Source of the DNA: Nitrospirota bacterium
GTDB lineage: Bacteria > Nitrospirota > Thermodesulfovibrionia > Thermodesulfovibrionales > UBA1546
Direction of reading: 5' to 3'
NCBI GenBank assembly: GCA_016212165.1
Contig: JACRGY010000104.1
Location: 45,836 to 109,835 of the forward strand
Length of the DNA stretch: 64,000 bases
Positions 48,772 to 58,112 of this stretch are shown here, piece by piece. Position 1 is the first letter of the stretch, and every line of letters begins with the position of its first letter. Made by a program: the position numbers and the translations under genes. Under the pieces are notes generated by a model. It saw only the letters and a program-made list of their open reading frames with translations, had not been told where the DNA came from and did no database searches.

Positions 48772-48999
48772 ATGGAGCGATACAAAAATCTTGGAGGCAG
48801 TTCCGGGGTGGCGGCCTACGAAGTTGGAGATGATTCTATAAAGGTTCAGTTTGATGATGGGTCTCTTTATCTGTACAACTACCAAAGCGCAGGGAGCAAC
48901 GATATTGAGCAAATGAAACGGTTGGCTATTGCGGGGAGGGGGTTGAATAGTTTTATAAGCAGGGTTGTTAAAAAAAGGTATGCCTCAAAACTGAGATAA
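48772..48999 (+). CDS. KTSC-like small protein
   Basis: SGVAAYE....I.VQF.DG..Y.Y...........M..LA..G.GLNSFI, KTSC-like pattern; AAAGGAGA RBS. Confidence 0.65.
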   Translation: MERYKNLGGSSGVAAYEVGDDSIKVQFDDGSLYLYNYQSAGSNDIEQMKRLAIAGRGLNSFISRVVKKRYASKLR

Positions 49000-49076
49000 A
49001 CATTATCTTTCTGAGGTGCCTGCTGAGGAAGTCAAAATCTAATTATCTACAAACACATGATTAATGATTGCTAACA

Positions 49077-49538
49077 ATGGAAAATTTAAATCTTAAAATA
49101 TATTTTGAAGAACCTAAAAAGTTTGAGATACAAAATATTAAGCCGCTTTCGGGGATTATAGGGCTATATTTTATTTTTTTAACAAACACACAAATTCCCT
49201 ACCCGTTTGCTACTTCAAAACTTGTCTACATAGGTATGAGTGAAAAGAGAACAAACAGTATCGGAAGTCGGTTAATGGGTCATTTTGATGGTCAGTCCGG
49301 CAACATCGGGTTAACTAGCTATAGGAAAGTTGAACAATTGAATTTTACTTATTTAAATTTTGAAATGCTAAAAACAGTCTGGAAATACAGAATAGAAGAC
49401 TTGGAAAGCTATTTCATTCTCGATTTTGTGAAACAATATGGAGTATATCCAATTTGCAACAATAAAACGGGCTTTGAAATTTTAGAGTTAAATCTTGCAG
49501 TAAGCCTTGAAATTGACTGGAGTTATTTTAAAAAATAA
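49077..49538 (+). CDS. GIY-YIG family nuclease
   Basis: GLYFI...LVYIGMS...SRLMGH...LES...PICN gives the GIY, YIG, Arg, Glu and Asn catalytic set. Confidence 0.8.
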   Translation: MENLNLKIYFEEPKKFEIQNIKPLSGIIGLYFIFLTNTQIPYPFATSKLVYIGMSEKRTNSIGSRLMGHFDGQSGNIGLTSYRKVEQLNFTYLNFEMLKTVWKYRIEDLESYFILDFVKQYGVYPICNNKTGFEILELNLAVSLEIDWSYFKK

Positions 49539-49544
49539 AGACTT

Positions 49545-49736
49545 ATGGATAATCAAGTAAAAAGTGGAAAAGAAATCCTTGATGATTTTTTTGGCAACAT
49601 TACGAACTTGCCAGGTGTGGACAGAGAAATTGCCGAAAAAATTCTCGAATTATACAAGGCAGGGAAACTGACGAGTACAAACATAGCTAATGCGCTTGTA
49701 ACATTAAGGGAAGAAAATGCCAGCGGTAAAAATTAA
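49545..49736 (+). CDS. 63-aa helical hypothetical protein
   Basis: Starts 6 nt after the nuclease stop and overlaps the ATPase start by 20 nt; amphipathic helical pattern. Confidence 0.7.
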   Translation: MDNQVKSGKEILDDFFGNITNLPGVDREIAEKILELYKAGKLTSTNIANALVTLREENASGKN

Positions 49737-52146
49737 AAATATTCATATACAGGGATTAAGGGGTGTAAAAGATGAACTAGTACTGCCTTTGGAGGAAAAA
49801 TCCATTGTTCTTTATGGCGACAATGGTACAGGCAAAAGCAGCATCACAGATTCCATAGAGTGGTTTTACTACGGCAAAATTGCACATTTATCAGGCGAAG
49901 AAATCGGCAAATTAGGCTTAGAAGCTTTGCGAAATATTTCGTTGCCAGACGATAAAAAGGGTTCATTGGAAATAAAATATTCAAATAGTAGCTTAAATTG
50001 TTCTAAAAATATTGAAATTAAAAAAGGGATACTCAAAACTGATTCTACCAATAAAAATACTTCATTCGTTGAATTCATCAAAGCATCGCAAAGGGAAAGA
50101 CTGATCCTGCACTATGCCGAGCTAGTCAATTTCATTTTAAGCACCAAAACAGAAAAATTAGCAAATGTATCTGAGATTATTGGTTTTTCGGAAGTAACCA
50201 GTACGAGAACAGTTTTGAAGAAAGCACTGAATGACTTGGCGAGAGAATTGAAAAATAAAAACCTTGACGGCACTATTAATATTCAACAGGGTAATCTTTT
50301 GAAGCAACTTAACCAAAACATTACATCGGAGCCGCATTTCATCAATGCGATAAACGAACTAATTTCGCCGCTAAAACTTGGCAAGAAGATCGAAAAATTC
50401 TCAGATATTAACGCTATTATTATGGCGATCAAAAAACCAACTGATAATACAATAATAGAACAGCAGAGTTTTTATTCAGGAATCAGAGACCATGTCGGAA
50501 AATTGAAACTGAAAATTGATTCATTTGATGAAGCATACAGGGAATACGAAACCCAATATAATAAGCTTTCTGGTGATGCAGACAACCTAAAAAAGATTAT
50601 TCTTAACGATCTTCTCGGTGCTGGAGAAAAAATATTAAAGGAAGGTCATTACACAGATAGTAGTTGTCCTCTATGCTTGCAGCCTAAAGACAGTAAATAT
50701 CTCCTCAAAGAGATACAAGAAAGAATAGATGACATTAAGAAAGTAAGGGCTGAACAGAAAAAATTATCAGATATTAAGACTCAATTCGAAGCCACAATAA
50801 AAGAAGTTGCTTATGATGTTAATGGACTATTGAAGAATAAGTATTTTATTGACCCGAGTAATGCGAAGTTAAAAGCTAAAGTTGAAATTGTCAAAAATGC
50901 CTTGTCGAAATATTCTCAAGAATTAATTGTTGATATTGCAGCCGACAAAAAGATAAAAACTTCAGCAGAGCTAAAGATAAAGCCAAACTCGCTTAATGAA
51001 GTTGAGGCAATTTGTAGTCAGAAATATGATCAGCTTAAATCACAGATAAAAGATGATAAGGCAACAGATATTGTCGTAAAGATTGAACTGTCGAAATCGG
51101 CTTATTCGCAGATTGAGGCTCTAAAAAAAGAAAAAGAATTAATTGAGGAACAAAAAGCCACTTTTGAAATTATTTATGCAGATTTTGTAAAGAAGCAAAA
51201 AGAGGGACTTGAATCATTCATCAATAATTTTTCAGGCATAATTAATGAATATTATCAATTCATGAATCCTGAAGAGCAGATAAAAGAGATAAAGCTGAAA
51301 ACCATAGAAAATGAAGATGAACTAGTCGGTTTGACAGTAAGCTTTAAATATTATGATTCTGAGGTCTCTCCACCCCACAAATATTTTAGTGAGTCTCATC
51401 TTAATTGTTTCGGATTAGCTTTTTTCCTCGCATCCGTGAGGGCATTTAACAAAGAGAATAAATTCATCTTGATGGATGATGTGATATCAAGTTTCGATGC
51501 AAACCATAGAAAGAGATTCGCTGATCTTTTGATTGAAAAATTTGCAGAGTATCAAATTATTTTGCTGACACATGAAAAACAGTGGTTTGATTATGTAAAG
51601 TCTGTTGTGCAAAATAAAAACTGGCAAATAAGCGAAATTAAATGGAGCGAAGCTAAAGGAGCTCATCTTGAGGAAAGCGCTGGCAGCCTTCGTCAAAGAA
51701 TAGAATATAAAATAACAAATAATGTAGATGACGACTTAGGTAATAATATAAGAGTTTATCTTGAGCATATATTGAAAAATATAGCTTCCACTTTGAAGGT
51801 CAAAGTTGAATTTCAATTCAACGATAAAAACGAAGATAGGATGTGTCATGAGTTACTTTCTGAGTTAAAAGGAAAAGCAGCTAAATCAAGCACAGATTTC
51901 ACTGTTTATTCACCTTTGTTCGGTAGAACGTTAGCCTCAACATTTATAGCCAATAAAGATTCTCATGACAGTTCATTTAACCCGAGCATGGGTGATTTAA
52001 AGGCTTTGTGGAAAGACGCTCAAGATATTGAAAATCTATTTTATTGTGTTACATGTCAAAAATTCGTTTCGCTAAAATATTATGATGAAGGCAATAAAAA
52101 AGTGAAATGCAAGTGTGGCGCTAAAGAATATTCATGGAAAAAATGA
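49717..52146 (+). CDS. Rad50/RloC-like zinc-hook ABC-ATPase with HEPN-like domain and C-terminal Zn ribbon
   Basis: Walker A GDNGTGKS, coiled coil with CPLC, signature FSESH, Walker B LMDDVISSFD, LLTH; then GNNIRVYLE...ANKDSH and CVTC...CKCG. Confidence 0.8.
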   Translation: MPAVKIKNIHIQGLRGVKDELVLPLEEKSIVLYGDNGTGKSSITDSIEWFYYGKIAHLSGEEIGKLGLEALRNISLPDDKKGSLEIKYSNSSLNCSKNIEIKKGILKTDSTNKNTSFVEFIKASQRERLILHYAELVNFILSTKTEKLANVSEIIGFSEVTSTRTVLKKALNDLARELKNKNLDGTINIQQGNLLKQLNQNITSEPHFINAINELISPLKLGKKIEKFSDINAIIMAIKKPTDNTIIEQQSFYSGIRDHVGKLKLKIDSFDEAYREYETQYNKLSGDADNLKKIILNDLLGAGEKILKEGHYTDSSCPLCLQPKDSKYLLKEIQERIDDIKKVRAEQKKLSDIKTQFEATIKEVAYDVNGLLKNKYFIDPSNAKLKAKVEIVKNALSKYSQELIVDIAADKKIKTSAELKIKPNSLNEVEAICSQKYDQLKSQIKDDKATDIVVKIELSKSAYSQIEALKKEKELIEEQKATFEIIYADFVKKQKEGLESFINNFSGIINEYYQFMNPEEQIKEIKLKTIENEDELVGLTVSFKYYDSEVSPPHKYFSESHLNCFGLAFFLASVRAFNKENKFILMDDVISSFDANHRKRFADLLIEKFAEYQIILLTHEKQWFDYVKSVVQNKNWQISEIKWSEAKGAHLEESAGSLRQRIEYKITNNVDDDLGNNIRVYLEHILKNIASTLKVKVEFQFNDKNEDRMCHELLSELKGKAAKSSTDFTVYSPLFGRTLASTFIANKDSHDSSFNPSMGDLKALWKDAQDIENLFYCVTCQKFVSLKYYDEGNKKVKCKCGAKEYSWKK

Positions 52147-52319
52147 AGTGAGAGGAAAAATAAATAGGAAAGGAAAAATAAATAGGGACAGCGACCGGTT
52201 TTTCACAAGCGAGCAAAATTGCAAGAGAGGAAGTGTGCAAGTGAGCAAGTTTGCAAGCGTGGTCGCCTCAGGCGACTCTACGCTGCGCTTCGAAAAGCGC
52301 AGCGGGCAGAATTAAATCC

Positions 52320-53501
52320 TTAGTTTGCTGGTGAGGTTTTGCGGCGCGGTGATATAACTTGCTCCTGCAGAAACTTTTTCCAGTTCATGATGAGAATATT
52401 CCCAAGCCTGTAAGGCTCATCAGTATTGCAAATAACATGACACGGCACACCCGGATAGTCTTCCTGAAAAGACTTTAATCCGGTAAGCTGCGAGGTGGTA
52501 ATTGTCTTAGACCACTTTATTTCATAAGCGCCTGTAAGCTTTCCTGACTGTTCTATTATCAAGTCTACCTCTGTTCCTGTGTTTGTCCGCCAGTAGTATG
52601 GCTTGATCATCTTCTGTGACGTCTTTATCCCTTTTATGGTTTCGATAATAATAAACTGCTCGAATAATCTTCCAAGGAGATAAGGGTCTGAAATGGCATG
52701 GTCATAACGGTTAATGATGTTCGTAACGCCATTGTCGAACAAGTAGAATTTGGGATGTCCTGAGAGGCGTTTTCGCACGCTCTTTCTCCACGGCTCCAGA
52801 CGAAAACCGATAAGGGTGTCAACGAGGATTTCATAATATGTCTTGACAGTCATGACAGCCTGCTGGCATTCACGTGCAACTGTCGAATAGTTAACGATCT
52901 CTCCAAACTGGCTGGCTGCCATATCGAGAAACCTTGAAAAAGCGCCTATCTGCCGGACAATGCCCTCGGCCTGAATCTCTTCGCGCAGATAGATATCAAC
53001 ATATGCGTTCAGAAGGTCAATCTTGTCGGTCTCTTTTTCAGCAAGAAAAACAGGAGGAAGCGACCCAAAACTCAGAAAATGCGTAAGCCCGGCCTTCTCA
53101 GAGACTTCATTCCACATAAAAGGGAAAAGAAATCGTTGCACTGCCCGTCCACCGAGGAGATTTGCATATCCGCGTTTGAGTTTTCTTGCGCTGGAACCGG
53201 ACATAATAAAATGCAGTGATGTGCTGTCAATAAGATGCTGAACTTCATTCAAAAGTTCAGGGACGCGCTGTATCTCGTCTATAAAGACATGCTTGATGTT
53301 TTTCTTTTTCTCCATGATTTCTTTCCTCTGAAGTGAGGGGTCTTTTGAATACTTAAAGAACTGATCGCTCAGCAGAAGGTTGATCTTATAAACCTTGTCC
53401 TTAAAAAGACTGTTGATAAGGGTGGTCTTCCCTGATTGGCGGGGACCAAACAGGAAGAATGATTTGTCCAAAGGCAGCTTCTGGCTTCTATCAATCATCA
53501 T
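52320..53501 (-). CDS. AAA_14/DUF4143-type ATP-binding protein
   Basis: Motifs GPRQSGKT, FIDEIQ, SGSSARKL, NLLGGRA, PKFYLFDNG, YWRT...EVD...EIK. Confidence 0.9.
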   Translation of the reverse strand: MMIDRSQKLPLDKSFFLFGPRQSGKTTLINSLFKDKVYKINLLLSDQFFKYSKDPSLQRKEIMEKKKNIKHVFIDEIQRVPELLNEVQHLIDSTSLHFIMSGSSARKLKRGYANLLGGRAVQRFLFPFMWNEVSEKAGLTHFLSFGSLPPVFLAEKETDKIDLLNAYVDIYLREEIQAEGIVRQIGAFSRFLDMAASQFGEIVNYSTVARECQQAVMTVKTYYEILVDTLIGFRLEPWRKSVRKRLSGHPKFYLFDNGVTNIINRYDHAISDPYLLGRLFEQFIIIETIKGIKTSQKMIKPYYWRTNTGTEVDLIIEQSGKLTGAYEIKWSKTITTSQLTGLKSFQEDYPGVPCHVICNTDEPYRLGNILIMNWKKFLQEQVISPRRKTSPAN

Positions 53502-53587
53502 GTAAAAGTGTATTACATTTTTACAGCGATGTCAAGATGGCTTGGTGAAGTTTAAGTCTAACGGGGTAAAGAACCGGAAAGTTTAAC

Positions 53588-54628
53588 TTACGGAAACAAG
53601 GCTATTGTCTCAATGCCGGTTGTCTCTTTGAAGCCCATCATCAGGTTCATGTTGTGCACGGCCTGTCCTGCTGCGCCTTTCATGAGGTTGTCTATGGCAG
53701 TAACTATGATGAGGGTGTTTGTCCTGTTATTCACAGTAAGTCCGATGTCACAGAGATTGCTTCCGCGGACGTTTTTCACATTCGGGTATTTGCCTTCCGC
53801 AAGCACTCTTACAAACGGCTCTTTCTGATAAAGCTTTTTATATGTGCCGAGGACTTTTTTAGTTTCGATGTTCTTTTTAAGTCTTGCATAGATGGTTGAG
53901 AGTATTCCCCTGTCATAAGGCCCAAGATGTGGAGTGAAATCAACCGTAATATTTTTATTGGCAACAGCGGAAAGTTCCTGTTCTATCTCAGGCGTATGCC
54001 TGTGCACAGCAACTGAATATGCCCTGAACCCCTCATTTACCTCGCAATATGAAAATGCAGTCTCGCCTTTTCTGCCTGCTCCAGTTGTTCCGGAGGTTGA
54101 ATCTATGATAATGGAATCAGTGTCTATGAGCTTATTTTTCAATGCGGGATAAAGCCCGAGTATTGCGCCTGTAGGGTAGCAGCCCGGATTTGCTATAAGA
54201 GATGACTTCCCAATCTTATTTCTGTACAGCTCAGGCAGCCCGTAAACAGCTTTTCTCAGAGTTCCCTTGTACTTATGGGATGCCTTGTACCATTCTTCAT
54301 ATATCTCAGGGGAGCGGAGCCTGTAATCTGCGGAGAGGTCTATTATCTTTTTTCTGTTTCTGAAGAAAAAATCCACTGCCTCCTGGGACTCTGCATGGGG
54401 CAGGGCCATAAAAAACAGGTCAGCCCTGTTGAGCAGTTTCTCTTTTTTTAGCGGCTCGTATACAAGATTGGAATGATTGTTAAGGTGCGGGAATAAATCA
54501 CTGACAGGCTTTCCTGCTGATCTTTCTGAGGTAACAGCAGTTATTCTGACAAAAGGGTGCTTTGAAAGGAGGCGAATAAGCTCGCCTCCTGCATATCCAC
54601 TGCCGCCGCATATAGCTGCTTTTAACAT
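53588..54628 (-). CDS. argC: N-acetyl-gamma-glutamyl-phosphate reductase
   Basis: Motifs GGSGYAG, DLSADYR, YGLPE, ANPGCYPT, HRHTPEI, DNLMKGAAGQA. Confidence 0.97.
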   Translation of the reverse strand: MLKAAICGGSGYAGGELIRLLSKHPFVRITAVTSERSAGKPVSDLFPHLNNHSNLVYEPLKKEKLLNRADLFFMALPHAESQEAVDFFFRNRKKIIDLSADYRLRSPEIYEEWYKASHKYKGTLRKAVYGLPELYRNKIGKSSLIANPGCYPTGAILGLYPALKNKLIDTDSIIIDSTSGTTGAGRKGETAFSYCEVNEGFRAYSVAVHRHTPEIEQELSAVANKNITVDFTPHLGPYDRGILSTIYARLKKNIETKKVLGTYKKLYQKEPFVRVLAEGKYPNVKNVRGSNLCDIGLTVNNRTNTLIIVTAIDNLMKGAAGQAVHNMNLMMGFKETTGIETIALFP

Positions 54629-54687
54629 TTTTTCGATAAGTAAATATTTAACTGCTGACGGCTGTTAGCTGACAGCTGTTAGCTAAA

Positions 54688-55080
54688 TTATCTCTTCGAG
54701 AACTGGAATCTCTTTCTTGCGCCCTTCTGGCCGTACTTCTTTCTCTCTTTTTCTCTCGGGTCTCTTGTTAAAAAACCTTCTTTTTTAAGTTTCAGCCTGA
54801 GGTCACTATCTATGGAAACGAGCGCCCTTGAGATGCCATGCCTTAGTGCGCCTGCCTGGCCGGTTGGCCCGCCGCCTATAACCTTTGCGCTTATGTTGTA
54901 TTTGCCTGACATACCCGCAAGTTCCAGTGGCTGCCTTATCATCATCTGCAGAGTTTCACGGGGGAAATATGCGGCAAGAGATTTTTCGTTGACAAGTATC
55001 TGCCCGCTGCCCGGAGACATATTCACCCTTGCAATAGATGTCTTTCTTCTGCCTGTGGCGCTATATTTGATTTCAGCCAT
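54688..55080 (-). CDS. rpsI: 30S ribosomal protein S9
   Basis: Motifs [26 protein letters not shown]. Confidence 0.98.
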   Translation of the reverse strand: MAEIKYSATGRRKTSIARVNMSPGSGQILVNEKSLAAYFPRETLQMMIRQPLELAGMSGKYNISAKVIGGGPTGQAGALRHGISRALVSIDSDLRLKLKKEGFLTRDPREKERKKYGQKGARKRFQFSKR

Positions 55081-55518
55081 TTAAAACTCCTTATATTGTA
55101 AAATTTCTGGTTTCTGGGCCATATGCGGGTGTTCGTTTCCTCTGTATACCTTGAGCTTCTTCAACATTGCCCTTCCGAGCCTGGTCTTTGGAAGCATTCC
55201 CCATACAGCATCTGTTATAACCTTGTCAGGTTCTTTGGCAAGCCGTTCCTTGAGAGGTTTGGCCTTTATGCCGCCGGGATAGCCTGAGTGATGATAATAA
55301 ATCTTGTCATCGAGTTTTTTGCCTGTAACCCTGACCTTCTCGGCATTCACGACTACAACAAAATCGCCTGTATCAACATTTGGGGTGAACACAGCTTTAT
55401 TTTTACCGCGCAGATGTACGGCAATCTTTACAGCAAGCCTTCCAAGGATTGCGTCCCTGGCATCTACAACGTACCACTTATGTTCAGTATCAGTTTTTTT
55501 AGCAAATTGGGTTTTCAT
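55081..55518 (-). CDS. rplM: 50S ribosomal protein L13
   Basis: Motifs [31 protein letters not shown]; ATG at 55518. Confidence 0.98.
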   Translation of the reverse strand: MKTQFAKKTDTEHKWYVVDARDAILGRLAVKIAVHLRGKNKAVFTPNVDTGDFVVVVNAEKVRVTGKKLDDKIYYHHSGYPGGIKAKPLKERLAKEPDKVITDAVWGMLPKTRLGRAMLKKLKVYRGNEHPHMAQKPEILQYKEF

Positions 55519-55796
55519 CCCTTCACCTTCCCTTGAGATTTCCTCGTAAAGATTGATCCGCATGAGCGGAAAGAGTAATCATAATAATAGAAATGCCCAT
55601 GAATTGTCAATATCAGCGCTGCTAAGTTTTAAAATCCGGACAGATGATATTACTTTAAACATCAGGCCAAATGCAGAAGATTGCTCTTGTTATAAACCGG
55701 TTATCAGCCTGTCATTACAGAATTTAAAGGGTATATTAAGGCTATGACTGTTAATTGACACTCTTTGTCCATATATGATATTTTTAATATAGGAAT

Positions 55797-58109
55797 ATGT
55801 CGGATAAAGCAGCGATAATAAAAGAAGCCCAGAAGTATCTTGCGAGGGGCCAGGTAGATAAGGCAATAGCTGAATGGGAAAAGCTTGCAAAAGAGACCCC
55901 TGATGCTAATATCTATAATACTATCGGAGACCTCTATTTCAAGAAAGGCGATAAAGCTCCTGCTGTAGAATTTTTCCATAAGGCGGCGCGTTTTTTCAGG
56001 GATGAAGGATTTTCTCTTAAGGCCTTGGCCCTGTATAAGAAGATATTAAATATTGACCCTTCGAATACAGATGCTATGAATGCCCTTGGTGAGTTAAGCG
56101 AGGAAAAAGGGTTGGCAACTGACGCCATAAAATATTATCTTGCCAGCGCAGACATACTTTCCAAGGAAGGCAAGAAAGATGCCCTGCTGCGCACTTATGA
56201 CAAAATCCTGAACCTTTCTCCGTCTAACATTTCATTGAGAAATAAGGTCGCGGAGCTTTTTATAAAGGAAGGCCTTCAGATCGAGGCGGCAAAAGAATAT
56301 CTGCACATAGCAAGATTGTACGACGATAAGGATGACATCAATAATGCGAAAGGATATTTCAAAAAGGCGCTGGAACTCCAGCCTAATAACAAAGAGGCAT
56401 TGCTTGGGCTGAGTTCTGTATTTGAGAAAACAGGAGATTCAAAGCAGTCTTTAGAGTATGCAAAAAAGGCAGTTGAGCTTTCTCCGGATGATGCTGTGCT
56501 TTCCTTAAAATGTGCGCAGCTTCTGGTCGCCCAGGAGTCTTTTGCAGATGCATTGCAATATGTATCCAGGGTTATTGAGGCAGAGCCATCAAATATCACG
56601 GCAAGAAAACTGCTCGGAGAAATATACCTGAAGGAAGGGGACGAACAAAAGGCATGGAAAGAATACAGCATGGTGATAGATGAGATGGTGTTTGAGGAGA
56701 AGATTGATGAGGCCATAGACACCCTGACATTGTTTAAGGATGTTGAACCTGTTGAGACAAGGAAGAAGCTGGTGTCGCTCTACAAACAAAAAGAGAATCA
56801 CGAGGCTGCATTTATTGAACTCGTTTTTCTGGGCGATGCTTTTGTCCTCTCAGATGGAATGCTGAAGGAGGCCTTGAATTGTTATCGTGAGGCAGCACAG
56901 ATACATCCTGATGATACTGAGATACAGGGCAAAGTAGCTGACATTGAAAGGGAGTTGGGAGAAGATCAGGTGTCGGTAAAAGCTGAAAAATCAGTTGAGG
57001 AGTCTCTGGCAGAGGCAGACATATTTCTCAGATATGGCCTTTACGACGAAGCAAAGGCGCTTCTTGAAAATCTTAAGGTAAGAGAACCCCGGGATATTGA
57101 TATTCATGCAAAACTTAAAACTTTATACATAGACACAGGTGATAAAGAACAGGCCGTGGCCGAGTGCCTTGTTCTTGCAGAGCTTTACGGCAGCGCAGGC
57201 AATATGGAACAGAAAGAAGGGATACTCAAAGAAGCCTATGATATAAGCCCTGAGGATCCCAGGCTGCTCGAAAGGGCATCCATGCAGCCTTCGGCAGAAT
57301 TCGTAGCGCCTGTTTCAGAAATGGCTGCTCCGGGTGCAGGTATTGAGGACTACAGTGAAGACATGTCAGAGGCCGAGTTCTATTTAAGGCAGGGGTTATC
57401 CGAGGAGGCAAAGGTCATATATCATAAACTCCTGAAGCTTTTCCCTGACAACGATGAGATAAAGCAGAAACTTTTGTCGGCAGAAGTCTCTACGCCGGAA
57501 GAAGCCGTCGCAAAAGAAGAGGCAATAAAAGAGTTTGCCGAAAAGCCGGTTGAGGAATTTGTGGCCCCTGAAGCGCTTGAGGCGCATGAAGCGCCGGAGC
57601 CTGCACTGGAAAACGACGTGCTTGATATATTCGAGGAGTTTAAAAAAGGCCTTGAAAAAGAGGTAGGGGCAGAGGATTCAGAGACGCACTATAATCTCGG
57701 TATTGCCTATAAGGAGATGGGGCTGATAGACGATGCAATAAGAGAGTTTCAGGTATCGAAGAATGATCCAAAGAGATTGACCCAGTCGATAAATATGCTC
57801 GGGATATGTTATATGTCTAAGGGCCTGTTTTCCCTTGCAATTGAATCTTTCAGCAATGTGCTTGGGAAAATAGAAACAAGGGATGAGTCATACTGGGGTG
57901 TAAAATACGACCTTGCAGAGGCATATGAAAAAAACGGAGATGTTGCAGAGGCGCTTGAGTTCTATACAGGAGTGTACGGGTGGAATTCAAAGTTCAGGAA
58001 TGTTTCAGAGAAGATTAATCTGTTGAAAGTAATGGTTGCAGGAGCATCTGCAAAACCTGTAATATCAGAAAAGCAGAAGATAAAAAAGGAAAGGGTTTCT
58101 TACTTGTAG
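55797..58109 (+). CDS. Large TPR-repeat protein
   Basis: Many TPRs, repeated EADIF.RYGL / EAEFY.RQGL modules, ETHYNLGIAYKEMGL. Confidence 0.85.
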   Translation: MSDKAAIIKEAQKYLARGQVDKAIAEWEKLAKETPDANIYNTIGDLYFKKGDKAPAVEFFHKAARFFRDEGFSLKALALYKKILNIDPSNTDAMNALGELSEEKGLATDAIKYYLASADILSKEGKKDALLRTYDKILNLSPSNISLRNKVAELFIKEGLQIEAAKEYLHIARLYDDKDDINNAKGYFKKALELQPNNKEALLGLSSVFEKTGDSKQSLEYAKKAVELSPDDAVLSLKCAQLLVAQESFADALQYVSRVIEAEPSNITARKLLGEIYLKEGDEQKAWKEYSMVIDEMVFEEKIDEAIDTLTLFKDVEPVETRKKLVSLYKQKENHEAAFIELVFLGDAFVLSDGMLKEALNCYREAAQIHPDDTEIQGKVADIERELGEDQVSVKAEKSVEESLAEADIFLRYGLYDEAKALLENLKVREPRDIDIHAKLKTLYIDTGDKEQAVAECLVLAELYGSAGNMEQKEGILKEAYDISPEDPRLLERASMQPSAEFVAPVSEMAAPGAGIEDYSEDMSEAEFYLRQGLSEEAKVIYHKLLKLFPDNDEIKQKLLSAEVSTPEEAVAKEEAIKEFAEKPVEEFVAPEALEAHEAPEPALENDVLDIFEEFKKGLEKEVGAEDSETHYNLGIAYKEMGLIDDAIREFQVSKNDPKRLTQSINMLGICYMSKGLFSLAIESFSNVLGKIETRDESYWGVKYDLAEAYEKNGDVAEALEFYTGVYGWNSKFRNVSEKINLLKVMVAGASAKPVISEKQKIKKERVSYL

Positions 58110-58112
58110 AGT

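Larger units (their letters stand above)
48708..52204. mobile_element. AT-rich cassette/islet carrying a candidate defence operon
   Basis: Visible drop in GC; left motif gtcaaaatgcaagatttgacccc (48708-48730); right motif atagggacagcgaccggtttttc ending at 52204. Confidence 0.6.

Noticed and set aside
49717-52146. Calling the ATPase housekeeping SbcC, RecN or SMC
   Set aside because: No adjacent SbcD or ScpAB, non-canonical signature, extra C-terminal domain, and location in an AT-rich islet.
48578-52258. Octamer tracts on either side of the islet as terminal inverted repeats
   Set aside because: The same gcttgc-type units also occur near 43750, so they are better explained as a dispersed repeat family.
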